DNA of 60,662 nt, filler included, from Basidiobolus ranarum (Eukaryota), in the NCBI GenBank assembly GCA_040143965.1. It is 10 parts of 10 records of this genome, joined end to end, with 100 filler letters (N's around TTAATTAATTAA, not from the genome) between each part and the next. Parts side by side here need not be neighbours in the genome. Positions count along the whole stretch, not along the records: positions 1 to 5,993 come from JASJQH010008319.1; positions 6,094 to 12,082 come from JASJQH010008320.1; 8 more parts are not named here. One strand, given 5' to 3'. This document shows positions 1 to 11,586 of the stretch, piece by piece. The first letter of the stretch is position 1, and each line of letters starts with the position of its first letter. The position numbers were made by a program, and so were the translations under genes. The notes beneath the pieces are model-generated. The model searched no databases. It was not told where the DNA came from and saw only the letters and a program-made list of their open reading frames with translations.

Positions 1-1122
1 ATCCCCTGTGTTTGGACGAACTCCTGATTTACGAAGGAAACAGGTATACAGCACTCACAAGTATTCTGAAACAGCACTCCATCTTTACATGAGTCACTAT
101 GAATATATCCACGCTGCGGTTGCGGTTGATTGGAGATTCTAGTACTAACTGAGGTGATCCATTCTTTACATACACTGCTTAATACGTCACCTATGGTGAG
201 ATTATCAATTCAAGCTCAGTGTGACTTTTTATCGAGATTATTCTTTGATTTGATCAAGGTTTCCAATAGCAATTGGGGAATACGATGGACATGGTCACTG
301 TTACTCTCCATACACCTTATAGCTAGTGGAATTGGCAGAGGTGGCATATTCGAAGCAACTCTATACCACCTGACCTGATTACAATTATTCCCAAGTGTGA
401 TGTTCATCGTTAACAAAGACCATGCCATCGAATTTCGTACTACATATAGTTGTCAAGTGGCACCTCGTTTAACAGCATACTTGCTTGAGACTGTAGTGAA
501 ATAAGTTTAGAACTTGATCAAGTACGGCAAATCCAAAAGCTTAGCAAATGCCCACCGGCGAATCGATCTCTCACACTACGCATTAGGATATACAAGGGAT
601 GGGGAGAGGTTATTCACAGGAGTAAGGGGGCTCTAATCATCTATCATGGTAGTATTGGCATCAATGTGCACAAAAGATTACCCATTTGTCTCTCTTCTAG
701 CTCTATTAAACCCGAACCACATAGTTTCAAATTTATATTCAATAGCTATCCAAATTTAGTTCTGTGGCTAATATTCGCTCATTCTATTGGGGTATACTGA
801 AATGTGGCGCCAAGTATTATGGAAGATATATAGGTAATGCTAACTCCAAGTTAGTCTATATAGATGCTGGCCATTGATGTCATCTTTGCTCTAGCCTATG
901 CAACAGAGAGTGGTCTAGACCAATCCTTAACTGGGATTCAGTTACAATCTAGATACTCTGTAAGCGGGATACACTAAGGGTTCTGCTAACTAGTTGAATG
1001 GCAATGACATTTATTTGTTTCTTGATATCGATTAGTGATTTATGTTCTTCTAATACCAAGTAAACTACTGGCGTTAAGCAGTGACGATGTTGAATCTATT
1101 TATATACAACAATGACATAATC

Positions 1123-2940
1123 TCACATAACAAGTTTCTTCTTATAGCCACTCCCAAAGAAGCCATCATCTTCTTTGGCTTGCCGTTTCTTTTGGTTCTC
1201 CTCGTGCAATTGGCGCCGTCTTAAATCACTAGTTAGTGGAATGTTGATAATAAATGAAGATGTGTATTCGTATTACTTGGCTCTCTCCGAGATTTCATTG
1301 CGGATTTCAGGGAACGTTGGCATTAGGGATGGGTCTTTGGCTTAATAAATCAAAGATGTCAATTATCCGTAGGTAAGCCAACAGCGCCGAGTCAAAAATC
1401 TTACCTGTCGGAGGCTCTCTAAAGTATGGATGAGCTAGAGCCTTTTTAACACTGAAGCGTTTTTCTGGGTCGTACGTAAGGAATCCATTCAATAATAATA
1501 AGGTTTCCTTGCTGAGATCAGGTAGCTCGATTTTGAGATTGTTGTATCTACAGATTATAACCGGTTTAGTCTCGTATTCTGTGTATATATTTGATTGAAG
1601 TTAAACCTCTGTTCTGGAAGTTTGATGGATTGAGCTAAGGGGAGGCGATTAAAGCCTCTCCAAATACGCTCGTTGGGCGTGCCTAGAAGCTTGATGATGA
1701 GTTCGAGCTGTTGACGCTCCGTTTTTCCTGGTAAAAAGGGCTTATGTTTCAGAAATTCGCCAAATATACATCCCACAGACCTGTTAAAGACGAAAAGCTT
1801 AATATGTCATTGAAAGAAAATCTACGCAACTTTAACCCCTACCACATGTCCACTGTTGTGGTGTATGAATGCTCTCCCAAAAGCAATTCAGGAGCACGAT
1901 ACCATAAGGTTACGACTCTTGGTGTCATTGGCTTTGCTGGCTTGCTGAAGGTTCTTGCAAGACCAAAGTCGGCTACCCGATTGATTAGTACCTGATTAAT
2001 GCAATGAAAATGTATTGTTGACCGGATCTTACCAATCTTGAGAACTCCTTGTGAGTTCAACAGAAGGTTAGACACTTTTAGATCCCTTCAACGTGGATTA
2101 GTGACGTTAAATATGCAGAGACTGGGAGTGGTAGATATATTTACCGATGAACAATGAAGTTATCATGACAGAATTCTAGTCCTTTGAGCAGTTGCAGCAT
2201 GAGGCACTTGACTGAGGATGTACGTTAGCTTCTGGATCGAAAGAATATTGTACGGGAAGCTTACTTTCAGATAGAGAGAACGGCTTCGGCATGTTATCAA
2301 GTAAAGCTGCCAAGTCCTGTATATGGATTTCATCAAGGAGAGATGTGAATGGGGGTCCGATAAGTGTGCAGAGAAAAGATAAATAGGTTTGTTATGTAAT
2401 GTCGAACTTCTGATATCAGAAGCATAAAAAGCGATTGAATAGAAGAATAAACGACGGGAAAAAAAGTATCACAGGAGAAGCAAAGACCACTTTCCTGTTC
2501 GCAATACTCCATGACCATAAATATACTATCCAGGCTACGTCCGACTGAAACATCCTTGACATTCACTATGTTTTTATGGTTGAGTTTCTTGAGAAGCATA
2601 ATCTCTCGAAGGCTTGAAAGTGGTAATCCTTCGTTTTCAAAATCCATGCGGATCTTTTTCAGCGCCAGAATCTCGTTGGTGATTTTGTCTCTAACGCGAC
2701 TAGAAGCTAGGTTACTTCGTTGTAAAGGTAAATAACTATGTATATGCATATTAAAGCCTACTAAACAATTCCATAAGTTCCTTCTCCTACTCGATTCAAT
2801 TTCTCGAATTCATCTACCGATCTACAAGATCCGACATAATTACTCTTGGGCAAAGGACAAGAATTTCCAGAGACAGAAAGTAAGAGTTCTTCCTCCTCAG
2901 TTTGAGTATGCGTATCTTTCTCGGCACTTTGGTTTCCCAT
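1123..2940 (-). CDS. CDK10: Cyclin-dependent kinase 10-like (PISSLRE class), multi-exon
   Basis: Spliced reading gives [86 protein letters not shown] and [18 protein letters not shown] at 2940, TGA at 1123-1125. Introns are mostly 50-65 nt GT-AG; one (2317-2494) reads GA-AG. Confidence 0.9.
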
Positions 2941-3171
2941 GTCGATGTCCCACACTTCAAAATATGTTGCGTAAAATGCTTACAGTTTGACTACACAAAA
3001 TTGCAAAGTATTTTAAATTGAATTTTGTACAGAATTGCATCCTAGTCTAGCTTTATAAAATATCGATTGAATAGAATATAATTTCAATTTTTTAACTGTA
3101 ATTCCACACTTTCCGACACTTATAATACAGAGCATAAAAAATAGGCGAAAAGTAGTAGTTTCTTTCACAAG

Positions 3172-4328
3172 ATGACTTTTACCACCACATACAGCAAATT
3201 ATTCACTTTTGATATTTTACGCGAGTATACAGAGTTACGTAGGTGAAATTCTTTCCCAAATTTTATTATGAGCTTGTTATGATTCTTTCCTCCAAACTCC
3301 CACTTCCTTTTCTTTTTAAAACAAATATGATTTGAAACAATTATTTATGCAAAACAACATGTGTTTGTACTGTTTCTCTTAGTTCTTTCTGCTAGGTTTC
3401 CCACCACATTTTCTCTAAAATGTGTTGAGCCGTCACAAAATCCTCGAAAATTTTGGGTAATACTTAATTCTGCCAACCGGTCTAGAAGAATATCACGAAG
3501 CCAGCCAACTTGCTTCAGGATTAAACTTCAAAATTACCAACTCTACCAACTTTTGAAAGCTCACTCGAAATCCACTTCGGCTCGATCAGTAGTGACAATA
3601 TTGTTGGGTTTTTGTTATTCGGTTGGCCTACTTCCACCCTCACATTTCTTTCTTAATAACACAAATACCGAAGAAAGTAGAATGGATTTTCATATTGAGT
3701 ATAGAGAAGCTGAGTCTATCATGAGAGTTGACATGAATTGGTATGGAGGTTTCCAACCCCCTTTCGTTTGTATATTGCCCTGACATTTATATACAACAGG
3801 GCTCGACGTATTTTCACTCTACTTTCACAACGTATCAACCTGAATTTTGTTGGTACCTTTTACTCAGTGCTAGGTGGAGCTCATTCAACTTTGGGTCGTA
3901 CCGATAAGATCCACGTAAGTGGTCATTTGTACCCAATACTGCTTGATCCTTCCTACTCACTTGACTCTTTAGGCCAGAAAAGCTGGCATGCTTGCCAGAA
4001 AGCAGATACTTCTTGCTCAAGAGCTTGGTGATTTGGATGTGGAAATTAGTTGTTGGATTTATTATGCGGAGTATTGTATTCAAGTTGAAAAATTCCATGA
4101 AGCAAAATCAATCCTACAACGTCAAGCTCAGCGTGCCAATGCACTCATGAATGATAAGGTAAATCTTGGTTTTCTCCCCAGTAAGAATCCTCTGTCACTC
4201 AGATTCTAATAGCATTCTATATTCTATAGCTTTTGGCAATGTGTAAATCAGCCATTATCAAATGGGAAACAAAAAGCACTCAGAAAATCCCAGCAATCGA
4301 AAGCATCACATCGAAATACACAACTTGA
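3172..4328 (+). CDS. Conserved uncharacterised protein resembling DUF4807/F58A4.6 family, multi-exon; 5' exons uncertain
   Basis: GT-AG splicing joins DMNW/ARRIFTLLSQRINLNFVGTFYSVLGGAHSTLGRTDKIH/ARKAGMLARKQILLAQELGDLDVEISCWIYYAEYCIQ...NDK/LLAMCKSAIIKW; stop at 4326-4328. The SxLGGAxSxLG...AG...Q..LA..LGD...C pattern is recalled from DUF4807. Divergent from CDK10, about 230 bp between starts. Confidence 0.6.
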
Positions 4329-4535
4329 ATGATATCGACGTCCATCTAAAGCCCTATTATTTCAAGGCCCAACTAATTCAAGGGTTTTTTATTTCATGAA
4401 AGAAGCTTGTCTATTGGATTCACTCATCAGGTTTACAAGTGATCTATCATGCTGTTTTATCTGTGTAAGGCTACAACAGAATCTGGATATCATTAAAATA
4501 AAATATTTTGGAATATACCATTGTTACGTGTAACC

Positions 4536-5993
4536 TCATACTTCTGCTTGAGATGGACTGTTGTCTTCATTTTTCACCGAGTCGTCAGATGGGCTGACTA
4601 TGGTTGGACTTTTCGGGGGATCGCTCACGGGCGGATTAGGTTCGGGACTGGTAGGTTCAACTTGTGTATTTTCACTCGACACGTCTACTGCTTTAGTTAC
4701 GGCTTCAGTTACCACTGCCACCTCAGGACTATTGGTGGTATCGGCTGGTATATTTTGTTCGAGAGGTTCGCTAGAGGCGGAAGCAATGCTCTCCTGTGGA
4801 GTCTCTGTGGTGGCATTAGGTACATTCTTTGAGTCATCAGATTTCTCAGTTTCGACCTGTTTGGTGTCATTAGATTTCTCAGCTTCGACCTGTTTGGTGT
4901 CATTAGATTTCTCAGCTTCGACCTGTTTGGTGTTATCAGATTTCTCAGCTTCGACCTGTTTGGTGTCATCTGGTTTTTGGGGTTCGACCTGCTTTACATT
5001 GTCTCCTGAATGTTTGCCATGATCGGAGGGTTTGGGGACCTCATTTGCTTTCTTTATCTCGTTTAAGACTTCTTTTTTCAGAGTGGTGAGATCACCATTA
5101 CCAATTCGACCGAAACAGCATAAATATTGCTTTGAAGCCATCCGGAGGGCTCTCCATCTTTTAGACTGAGCCGTCTTGATAATATTGTAGTGAAATTAGT
5201 ACAGAAAGAGGAAAATATGGATAGATAACATACCTCGACTTCCTCAGGATCAGCAGAACTAATTTTGGCTTTGATATCTCCAATCTGATCTAAGTATTCA
5301 AGTAGCGGGGGAGCTGTGCGCTTGCTAGATATAAGTCAGTGCTATCAGTATCATGCTTAAAGTTGAGTCTAATAATTTAATGTTTACTTGGAAAATTCAG
5401 AAAAGAAATCTTTGTCTTCTTTCCCAAGATCCCAGAGCTTGGTTAAAGTCCTTGTTCCGACTGCATTCTTTATGGTAGCTGCGGGAATCTAATATGTGGC
5501 TATGTTAGTTTTGAAACAAACGTAGATAAATCTCTCAACTAACTTACAGATAATTTTACTCTTTTTTGAGCAATATCGGTTAACGATTCCGAGGCCAACA
5601 ATGGCGTCTTCTCAAAAGGGGGACAAGATTCATTTTTCCAGTTAACCTGAAATGAAGATTTAGCATATGTTATTTCCCAGAGGTATACTGGCTAACACAA
5701 ACCCAGTTTTTCTCATGATCCAAAATGTATAAGACGGTTTCAGTAAACAGCTTCCCATTGGGTGGTGTCGACTGTAGTAGTAATATTGTGTCCTGCCACA
5801 ATTGACTTATCCAAGTTTCCTTTGTAATTGTATGGTCAGTTAAAGATCTTCGCTTTCTAAAGAGTAATGTGACGAGTCATACTTGCTCCGGCTCCAAACT
5901 GAAGGTTTGAATTACAGATTTGTTGGGAGTTTTGAGAACGGTATGCTTTTCTTTTTCTGATGCCGTAAAGTTCATTAGATAATGCATAAATAT
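4536..5993 (-). CDS. THOC1: THO complex subunit 1 (Hpr1/THOC1), 3' part, multi-exon, 5'-truncated by contig end
   Basis: Exons translate to STPPNGKLFTETVLYILDHEKNW/VNWKNESCPPFEK, VGTRTLTKLW and RWRALRMASKQY, matching THOC1 TPPxGxxF...ILxxExNWxxWKNExCP, GNxxLTRLW and WRALRL. Ends in a low-complexity tail. Confidence 0.85.
4833..4995 (-). repeat. 33-bp coding minisatellite, about 5 copies (KQVEAEKSNDT) in the THOC1 tail
   Basis: Repeated unit gatttctcagcttcgacctgtttggtgtcatta on the + strand. Confidence 0.9.
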
Positions 5994-6093
5994 NNNNNNN
6001 NNNNNNNNNNNNNNNNNNNNNNNNNNNNNNNNNNNNNTTAATTAATTAANNNNNNNNNNNNNNNNNNNNNNNNNNNNNNNNNNNNNNNNNNNN
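5994..6093. other. Artificial contig linker N44-TTAATTAATTAA-N44 (also at 12083-12182, 18170-18269, 24253-24352, 30335-30434, 36409-36508, 42475-42574, 48539-48638, 54602-54701)
   Basis: Identical 100-nt spacer with stops in all six frames; flanking contig lengths decrease monotonically. Confidence 0.98.
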
Positions 6094-6552
6094 CTCCCCC
6101 CCCACCTCCCGCCCCCCCCCGGCGCGAGGGTAGTTTTGCTGACCACGTCTGCCAGACCAACCTCTTTCGTACTCACTATCCTGCTCATCTTCATATTGAC
6201 GACCGTAACGGGAGCGAGGGTAGTTTTGCTGACCACGTCTTCCAGCCCAACCTCTTTCGTACTCACTATCCTCCTCCTCATCGTATTGACGACCGTAGCG
6301 AGAGCGAGGGAAGTTTTGTTGGCCACGTCTGCCAGACCAACCTCTTTCATATTCACTATCCTCCTCCTCATCGTATTGACGACCATAGCGGGAGCGAGGG
6401 TAGTTTTGTTGGCCACGTCTTCCGGTCAAACCATTTTCGTACTTATTTTTCTGCCCACCGGTTTTATGTTGATGGCCATGTTGAGAATGGGAAGAGTGTT
6501 TCTGGCTATGTCTTCCAGTATTGTTGAATGAGAGTTCGTGATATTGGGACAT
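6094..6552 (-). CDS. Uncharacterised hydrophilic tandem-repeat protein, 3'-truncated
   Basis: ATG at 6552 (context AAAATGTC), His/Ser/Gln-rich leader, then 30-aa repeats GRRGQQNYPRSRYGRQYDEEEDSEYERGW(S/A); many differences between repeats are silent or conservative in this frame. Confidence 0.7.
6124..6442 (-). repeat. 90-bp tandem repeat, at least 3.5 copies
   Basis: gcgaggg recurs at 6124, 6214, 6304 and 6394; the array runs into the low-quality contig end. Confidence 0.95.
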
Positions 6553-6624
6553 TTTAAGTATCAGAGAGAAGGTTGTTGTAGTTATTGTTAGTCTGATGTA
6601 GTAATGTATGGGCATACTGCGGGT

Positions 6625-6632
6625 TTTTTATA
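6625..6632 (-). promoter_or_regulatory. Putative TATA box of the repeat-protein gene
   Basis: TATAAAAA on the minus strand about 75 nt upstream of ATG 6552. Confidence 0.45.
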
Positions 6633-7219
6633 AGAAAAATGTGGCTTAGTTAATCCAACGTAGTTGAGCCAAGCCACTAATCTGAATGATTTTATCAAAT
6701 ATAATTGACAATATTTTCGTAAAATTTGCAAATGATAAAAGAGCTTTACGTAACGATTTTTATTAACTCTACTTCAACATTCACCCTTCATATCTTAATG
6801 GTAAAGTACTAAGATCATTATCAAGTGCTAAATAAGAATTACTGGTGATTTAGTTTAATTAGTCGTAATGTTACAAAAAAGTGACCCTATTTATATTTTA
6901 ATTCCAAGTATTTTACTACAAGACACAAGGATATCAGATTAGCAGGTTGAGCACTTACCAAACTACTTCGTCCGCACAGAAGTACCATCAATAAGAACAA
7001 ACTGACATCAGCTCCAGGTTCTTAATAATATATTAACACTAAGCGATTGAAATGTGGTTTTGTGTAGGAACACATGCCCAGTCAAGGCTCAAGGCATAGC
7101 TGTAGATCCTTGGATATGCATATGTTATAATGTTTGGGTAGGGCAATAAGGTTACAAACGAGGCCTCACTTGTGCTATAAAGAGAAATAAATATCCAAAA
7201 TTCCTTACATTCCCATACC

Positions 7220-8360
7220 ATGCACTACTGGATAATTTCGTTCATATTGTTGGTTTACGGTCTAGTTGCTGTTAGTAAACGACCAATCAATTTACACGAG
7301 AATGCCAGTGATGATGCTAGTGAGCCATCAAATTGTGAGCTTGTTTCATATGATTATCATATGAAAGAGCTGTCAGCAGATTATATAATTGTTGGTGGAG
7401 GTACTGCGGGTTCTGCTTTGGCACGGTACTTGACTTTGAATACTAAACTTTTGGTTCTGGTGGTTGAGGAAGGAGTAGACTTTACTCCAGAACAGATAGA
7501 AAGAAAATCTAACGTTGATATTGGTGGTCACAATACGACCGAAAAAATATCCATCAAAGCTCAAAAGGAGGTGATTCTTTCGTCAGGCGTTTATGGATCG
7601 CCTCCTTTACTAATGCTATCTGGAGTAGGTCCTCGTCAAGTTTTAGAGAGCAGTGGCATCCCAATCGTGCGTGATATGCCACGTGTAGGTGAGTTAGTAC
7701 TCTCGCCACTAGGCGTTGCTTTATTTCAGAGCAACCGCACTTTCCGTCAAAACGATCCCAAAGTTCTGACGAGCCCAGAGGCGTATCGAGAAGGGAAAGA
7801 GGAAGGGACAGGGCCATTGAATAGCATCATGGACACTACCTTCAATATACATAAAACTGACCCAGGCCTATCTAAGCCTGATATTCTCCTTCAAAATAGC
7901 GAGGCTATGAATTCCCCTAAAGTTAGCTTCATAGGTATCTGCACTTTGTTGGATCCCCAAAGTCGTGGTAGGGTATTTATCAATTCTAGGGATCCATACT
8001 AAACACCGCTTGTAGAGCCTGCATATTATCAAGATGAGCGGGACCATCGCACTATGGCCAAGTGCTTGAATCTAGTGCATCAAGTATTTGTCCAACCTCC
8101 TTTGAAATTCCATATTAAAAATACCTTTTCCCACCACGTTTACTCCCAACTGCCACCATCCTTACGGAACGATTTCCATGGGTATGAATGAGAGCGCACC
8201 CTTGAGCCCCGACCTGAAATTGCGGGGTTTCACAAATCTCAGAGTCTTTGATGCTTCTATTCTACCTGGACCTTATCGTAGTGGATCCACTCGACTTTTA
8301 TATGGGCTTGCCCCCAAGGCAGCTTCGTTGATTCTTGGTGGGCCTATTGACAAATATTAA
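7220..8360 (+). pseudogene. GMC oxidoreductase pseudogene (secreted type)
   Basis: Signal-like N-terminus, DYIIVGGGTAG, AQKEVILSSG..GSPPLLMLSGVGP, LLDPQSRGRV and HHPYGTISMG..DLKLRGFTNLRVFDASILP. The core between the FAD motif and KEVILS (including GGSSxxN) is missing, there is an in-frame TAA at 8000-8002, and a frameshift near 8140. Confidence 0.8.
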
Positions 8361-8804
8361 TCCATTCATTTTATCTGTCAATTGTTTGATAATGTAGTTA
8401 TATCTGACGTAAATAGATGGATTTGCGATTAAATAAATGTGTCAATAGATGACTAAATAAGTGTAGATTTAAGTGGTCACATTTCCCGAAACACCACTCC
8501 AGATCCAATGTTTCTCTACTACGGCGACAACATGAGATCCTTTCGAATTAAGCCAAAACAAGTAACGTTGCACCCTAATCCATATTTTGATCTTTTAGAT
8601 ATTCTTTTAGTCGGACACAATCACAAAATCATGTGAGCACACCATTAGTTTAAAGACACTTGGAATCATGAGAAATCCGAAATAGAAGACGTGGGAAACT
8701 TTCCGATAGGAAAAGTTCTTTTAAAGTCAAGTTGAATATCCTTATTTCTGGCTAACTTCTTTGGATTATTTAAGTTGTACTTTGATTGTATACAAAATTC
8801 AACC

Positions 8805-9534
8805 ATGTCTGACTCCGAAGTATCCCTCCCACCACCACCTCCCTATTCTGAGACTGAGTTGAAAGATACCAAGGAAAATGATTCCACCGTACAGGAAGTA
8901 ACTGAGAAGAAGATTGCTCCAGCTACTAGAAACAAAGAGGAGTCCATTCTTTTCCAGATTACCCTTGAAGACAGCCATGGGAAGAAGGTACCTGTGTACG
9001 AGTTGGCCGACAAGATTGTTGGTTTTTACTTCACTGCCAATTGGGTTGGAGAACCAGTCGAGATATTTGACCCAGTAAGTTATTTTTCTTATCTTTTTAA
9101 AGGTTTCTTGAATTTTCTCTAATCGTAAGAAATAACCTCCTTAGCAACTCATCAAATTCGCCAATGCTCACAAGGATGAATTCGTTGTTGTCGTGGTCTC
9201 TGCTGATCGTCGTAAAGAAGCTTTCCTAGAGTATATGAAAGACAAGCCCTTCCTAGCTATTCCTTTTGACGAACCTATTCGAGAGCAGATATTGAAAGAA
9301 TGGTCTATTAAACTCATTCCCACCTTGACCATTTATCATCCACTCAAGCATGAAGTATTAACCTCATGGGGACGTGGTGCTATTATGAAGAATGGTGAGA
9401 AATGTTTACAAGCGTGGAAGAAAGGTGACTCTGGATTGACATGGTCACAGCTAGCTGGATTCGGAGATGTACCAGTAGTGCAATACGTTTGTTTAACTTT
9501 AATAACACTATTTATATATTATAGGTTTTTTTAA
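8805..9534 (+). CDS. Nucleoredoxin/tryparedoxin-like thioredoxin-fold protein lacking CxxC
   Basis: Exons 8805-9074 and 9145 onward (GT-AG intron). KIVGFYFTANW, FVVVVVSADR, FLAIPFDE and IKLIPTL match the family; WCPPC is replaced by WVGEPV. The 3' end may contain one more intron. Confidence 0.8.
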
Positions 9535-10905
9535 ACCAATTTTAACCATTATTTACTTGATTCATTTTGTAACTTTGTTCATCCTTCCTACTTTCATTTT
9601 AATAAAATTAATTATCATTTTGCTAAATTATTAAATTCTATCCCACATTTTAGAAATTTTGAATTATTCCTTTATATTCTCTGGGATATACACCATGATT
9701 TCCTTACAACGCAAAAATTCACAATTTATTTAAAAGCACCTTTGTACATGATGGCTCCGCGTAGGAGTTTGTCGATGATGCATTAGGCCGTATATAAATT
9801 GGAGATTGACTAATGTCATATCATGAGTTGGGTGCGGTTCACTCTTAAGATAGATCTTCGTATCTTCTAATGGAGTAGGAGCGCAATAACTCGCGATACA
9901 TTCTTCCCAAATAATACAAAAATGAACCATCAAAATTTACTGCTACCGAATGTTCGCATTATGACTATGTATGGAATGTTAATTACTTTTAATTAGTGAA
10001 GCTACTGGATTCGAGAATATGAAGCAATGAGCGACATAAGATATATATAGATATAGTAACAATAAAAGAGCAGTATATTTAATGTGATGTGAAAAAGTAT
10101 GAACAAAAATCATCCCTTTACTTTTTCTAATTGCTTGATACAAGCGATATGATGTATTTGAGAAGTAATGAAACCTTTTCATTTTCGAAGACGAAGGGGC
10201 TCTAATCTCCAAACACTATTAGTGGCAAATTCTTCTGGAGCAACCGGTTCATGCTACATGAAAATTCCACTATTAATAGAGTATAGATAAAGGGTTAAGG
10301 ATTGAATAAGTAAGCTACCGTTTGTCCACGATAAGAGCCTGTAAGTCGAAAGTCACGCTCCATCATACGATGTGTCCACGCGTCAGGTTGGGTTCTAATA
10401 GGCTATATGAAATAGTAAGTAAAGGATAGACTATAAAGAATTTCGGTTGTTTATGATATGATAGCTCGTATTTTCTATATCTCACTACGTATATATGTCC
10501 TCAGTTTGGTTATAAATAATCTCTTTCGGGGAAGTAAACTACCTTTCCATCGTTGGAACTCTCCTTCAACATACGTAAGAGAACACCGGTGATACCGAAA
10601 CAACCGGAAATGATACCGAGGGGAATGAGAGCTTCGTATGGAACAGGCATGTTTTAATGAAGTTCTTGTACACTAAATGATGCAAGAGGAAAGTTCTGTA
10701 TGTGGGGTCTCCGCAACAAAAAATCCACCAAAGAAGACCTGGAAGTTTGATCCAGTATACCCATACCCATCACATTGGGGTTCCCTTCATCCCATCCCCC
10801 AAAAAAAAGCAACTTGGAGTTGGGGAATCAGTTCAGTAATTCATCAACAAATGGTATAATAATCCATAAAATAATATTATCTTGGATCAGATAATGGTGA
10901 GTATT

Positions 10906-11331
10906 TTATTGAAAGATGGAAGCGATGTTGATGGTATGACCAACTTTCACCAACACTTCTTGAGCACGATCGACGCTATCTTGCTTTACCAGAAGATAGT
11001 CAGTATCATAGGTGCTAATGGCAAAGATAGAAACCTCAGCGTCGGCCAAGGTGCTACTCAGGTTAGCCAAAATACCTATCAACGAGAAATCTAATGGTCC
11101 TTGCACCTTCAAGCATCTCCAATCATTTTCGTAGGCGACTAATCCAGAGTCACGCAGGGTTTCGATGGTCTCATTGCTGGGTTGGATGGTGACGATGGAG
11201 AGCTCCTCAGGTGTACGAGTGACGGAATAGAATGGAAGGTCATCAAATATCCTGGGAACCGATGCTTTCGGGGCAAATTTGAGCACACAGAATTGCTCGG
11301 TGTACAGTTGAAGATTGAGGTGGATGGCCAT
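10906..11331 (-). CDS. Bacterial-type tandem ACT-domain protein (CASTOR/GATS-related, COG3603-like), intronless
   Basis: FYSVTRTPEELSIV, WRCLKVQGPLDFSLIGILANLSSTLADAEVSIFAISTYDTDYLLVK; 141 aa. Confidence 0.85.
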   Translation of the reverse strand: MAIHLNLQLYTEQFCVLKFAPKASVPRIFDDLPFYSVTRTPEELSIVTIQPSNETIETLRDSGLVAYENDWRCLKVQGPLDFSLIGILANLSSTLADAEVSIFAISTYDTDYLLVKQDSVDRAQEVLVKVGHTINIASIFQ

Positions 11332-11586
11332 TTTAGATCGATCTTGGTCTACTCCTTACTCTCGGTTTATTTATAGAAAGCACGCTACTGCGGCAATGGT
11401 TATCTGGAACCAAAATGGGCAACCGATATCACGAAGCAGACGTTGATTTGTCGAGAAGAAACAAAAAATATACAAACATTTATTAAATAAGATTGGATTT
11501 AGAAGTTAGATAGTATATGCAAAAAGTGGTGTCGTACACAGACGCACACACACGCAAGGTGATTGTTTCTATGATAAAGGGAGGCT

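Noticed and set aside
6094-6123. Poly-C/G-quadruplex-like tract
   Set aside because: At the contig end; looks like a low-quality read tail.
6136-6531. Hydrophobic antisense and alternative-frame ORFs over the 90-bp repeats (likewise 4521-5022)
   Set aside because: Shadow ORFs of repetitive coding sequence, with no independent start or promoter support.
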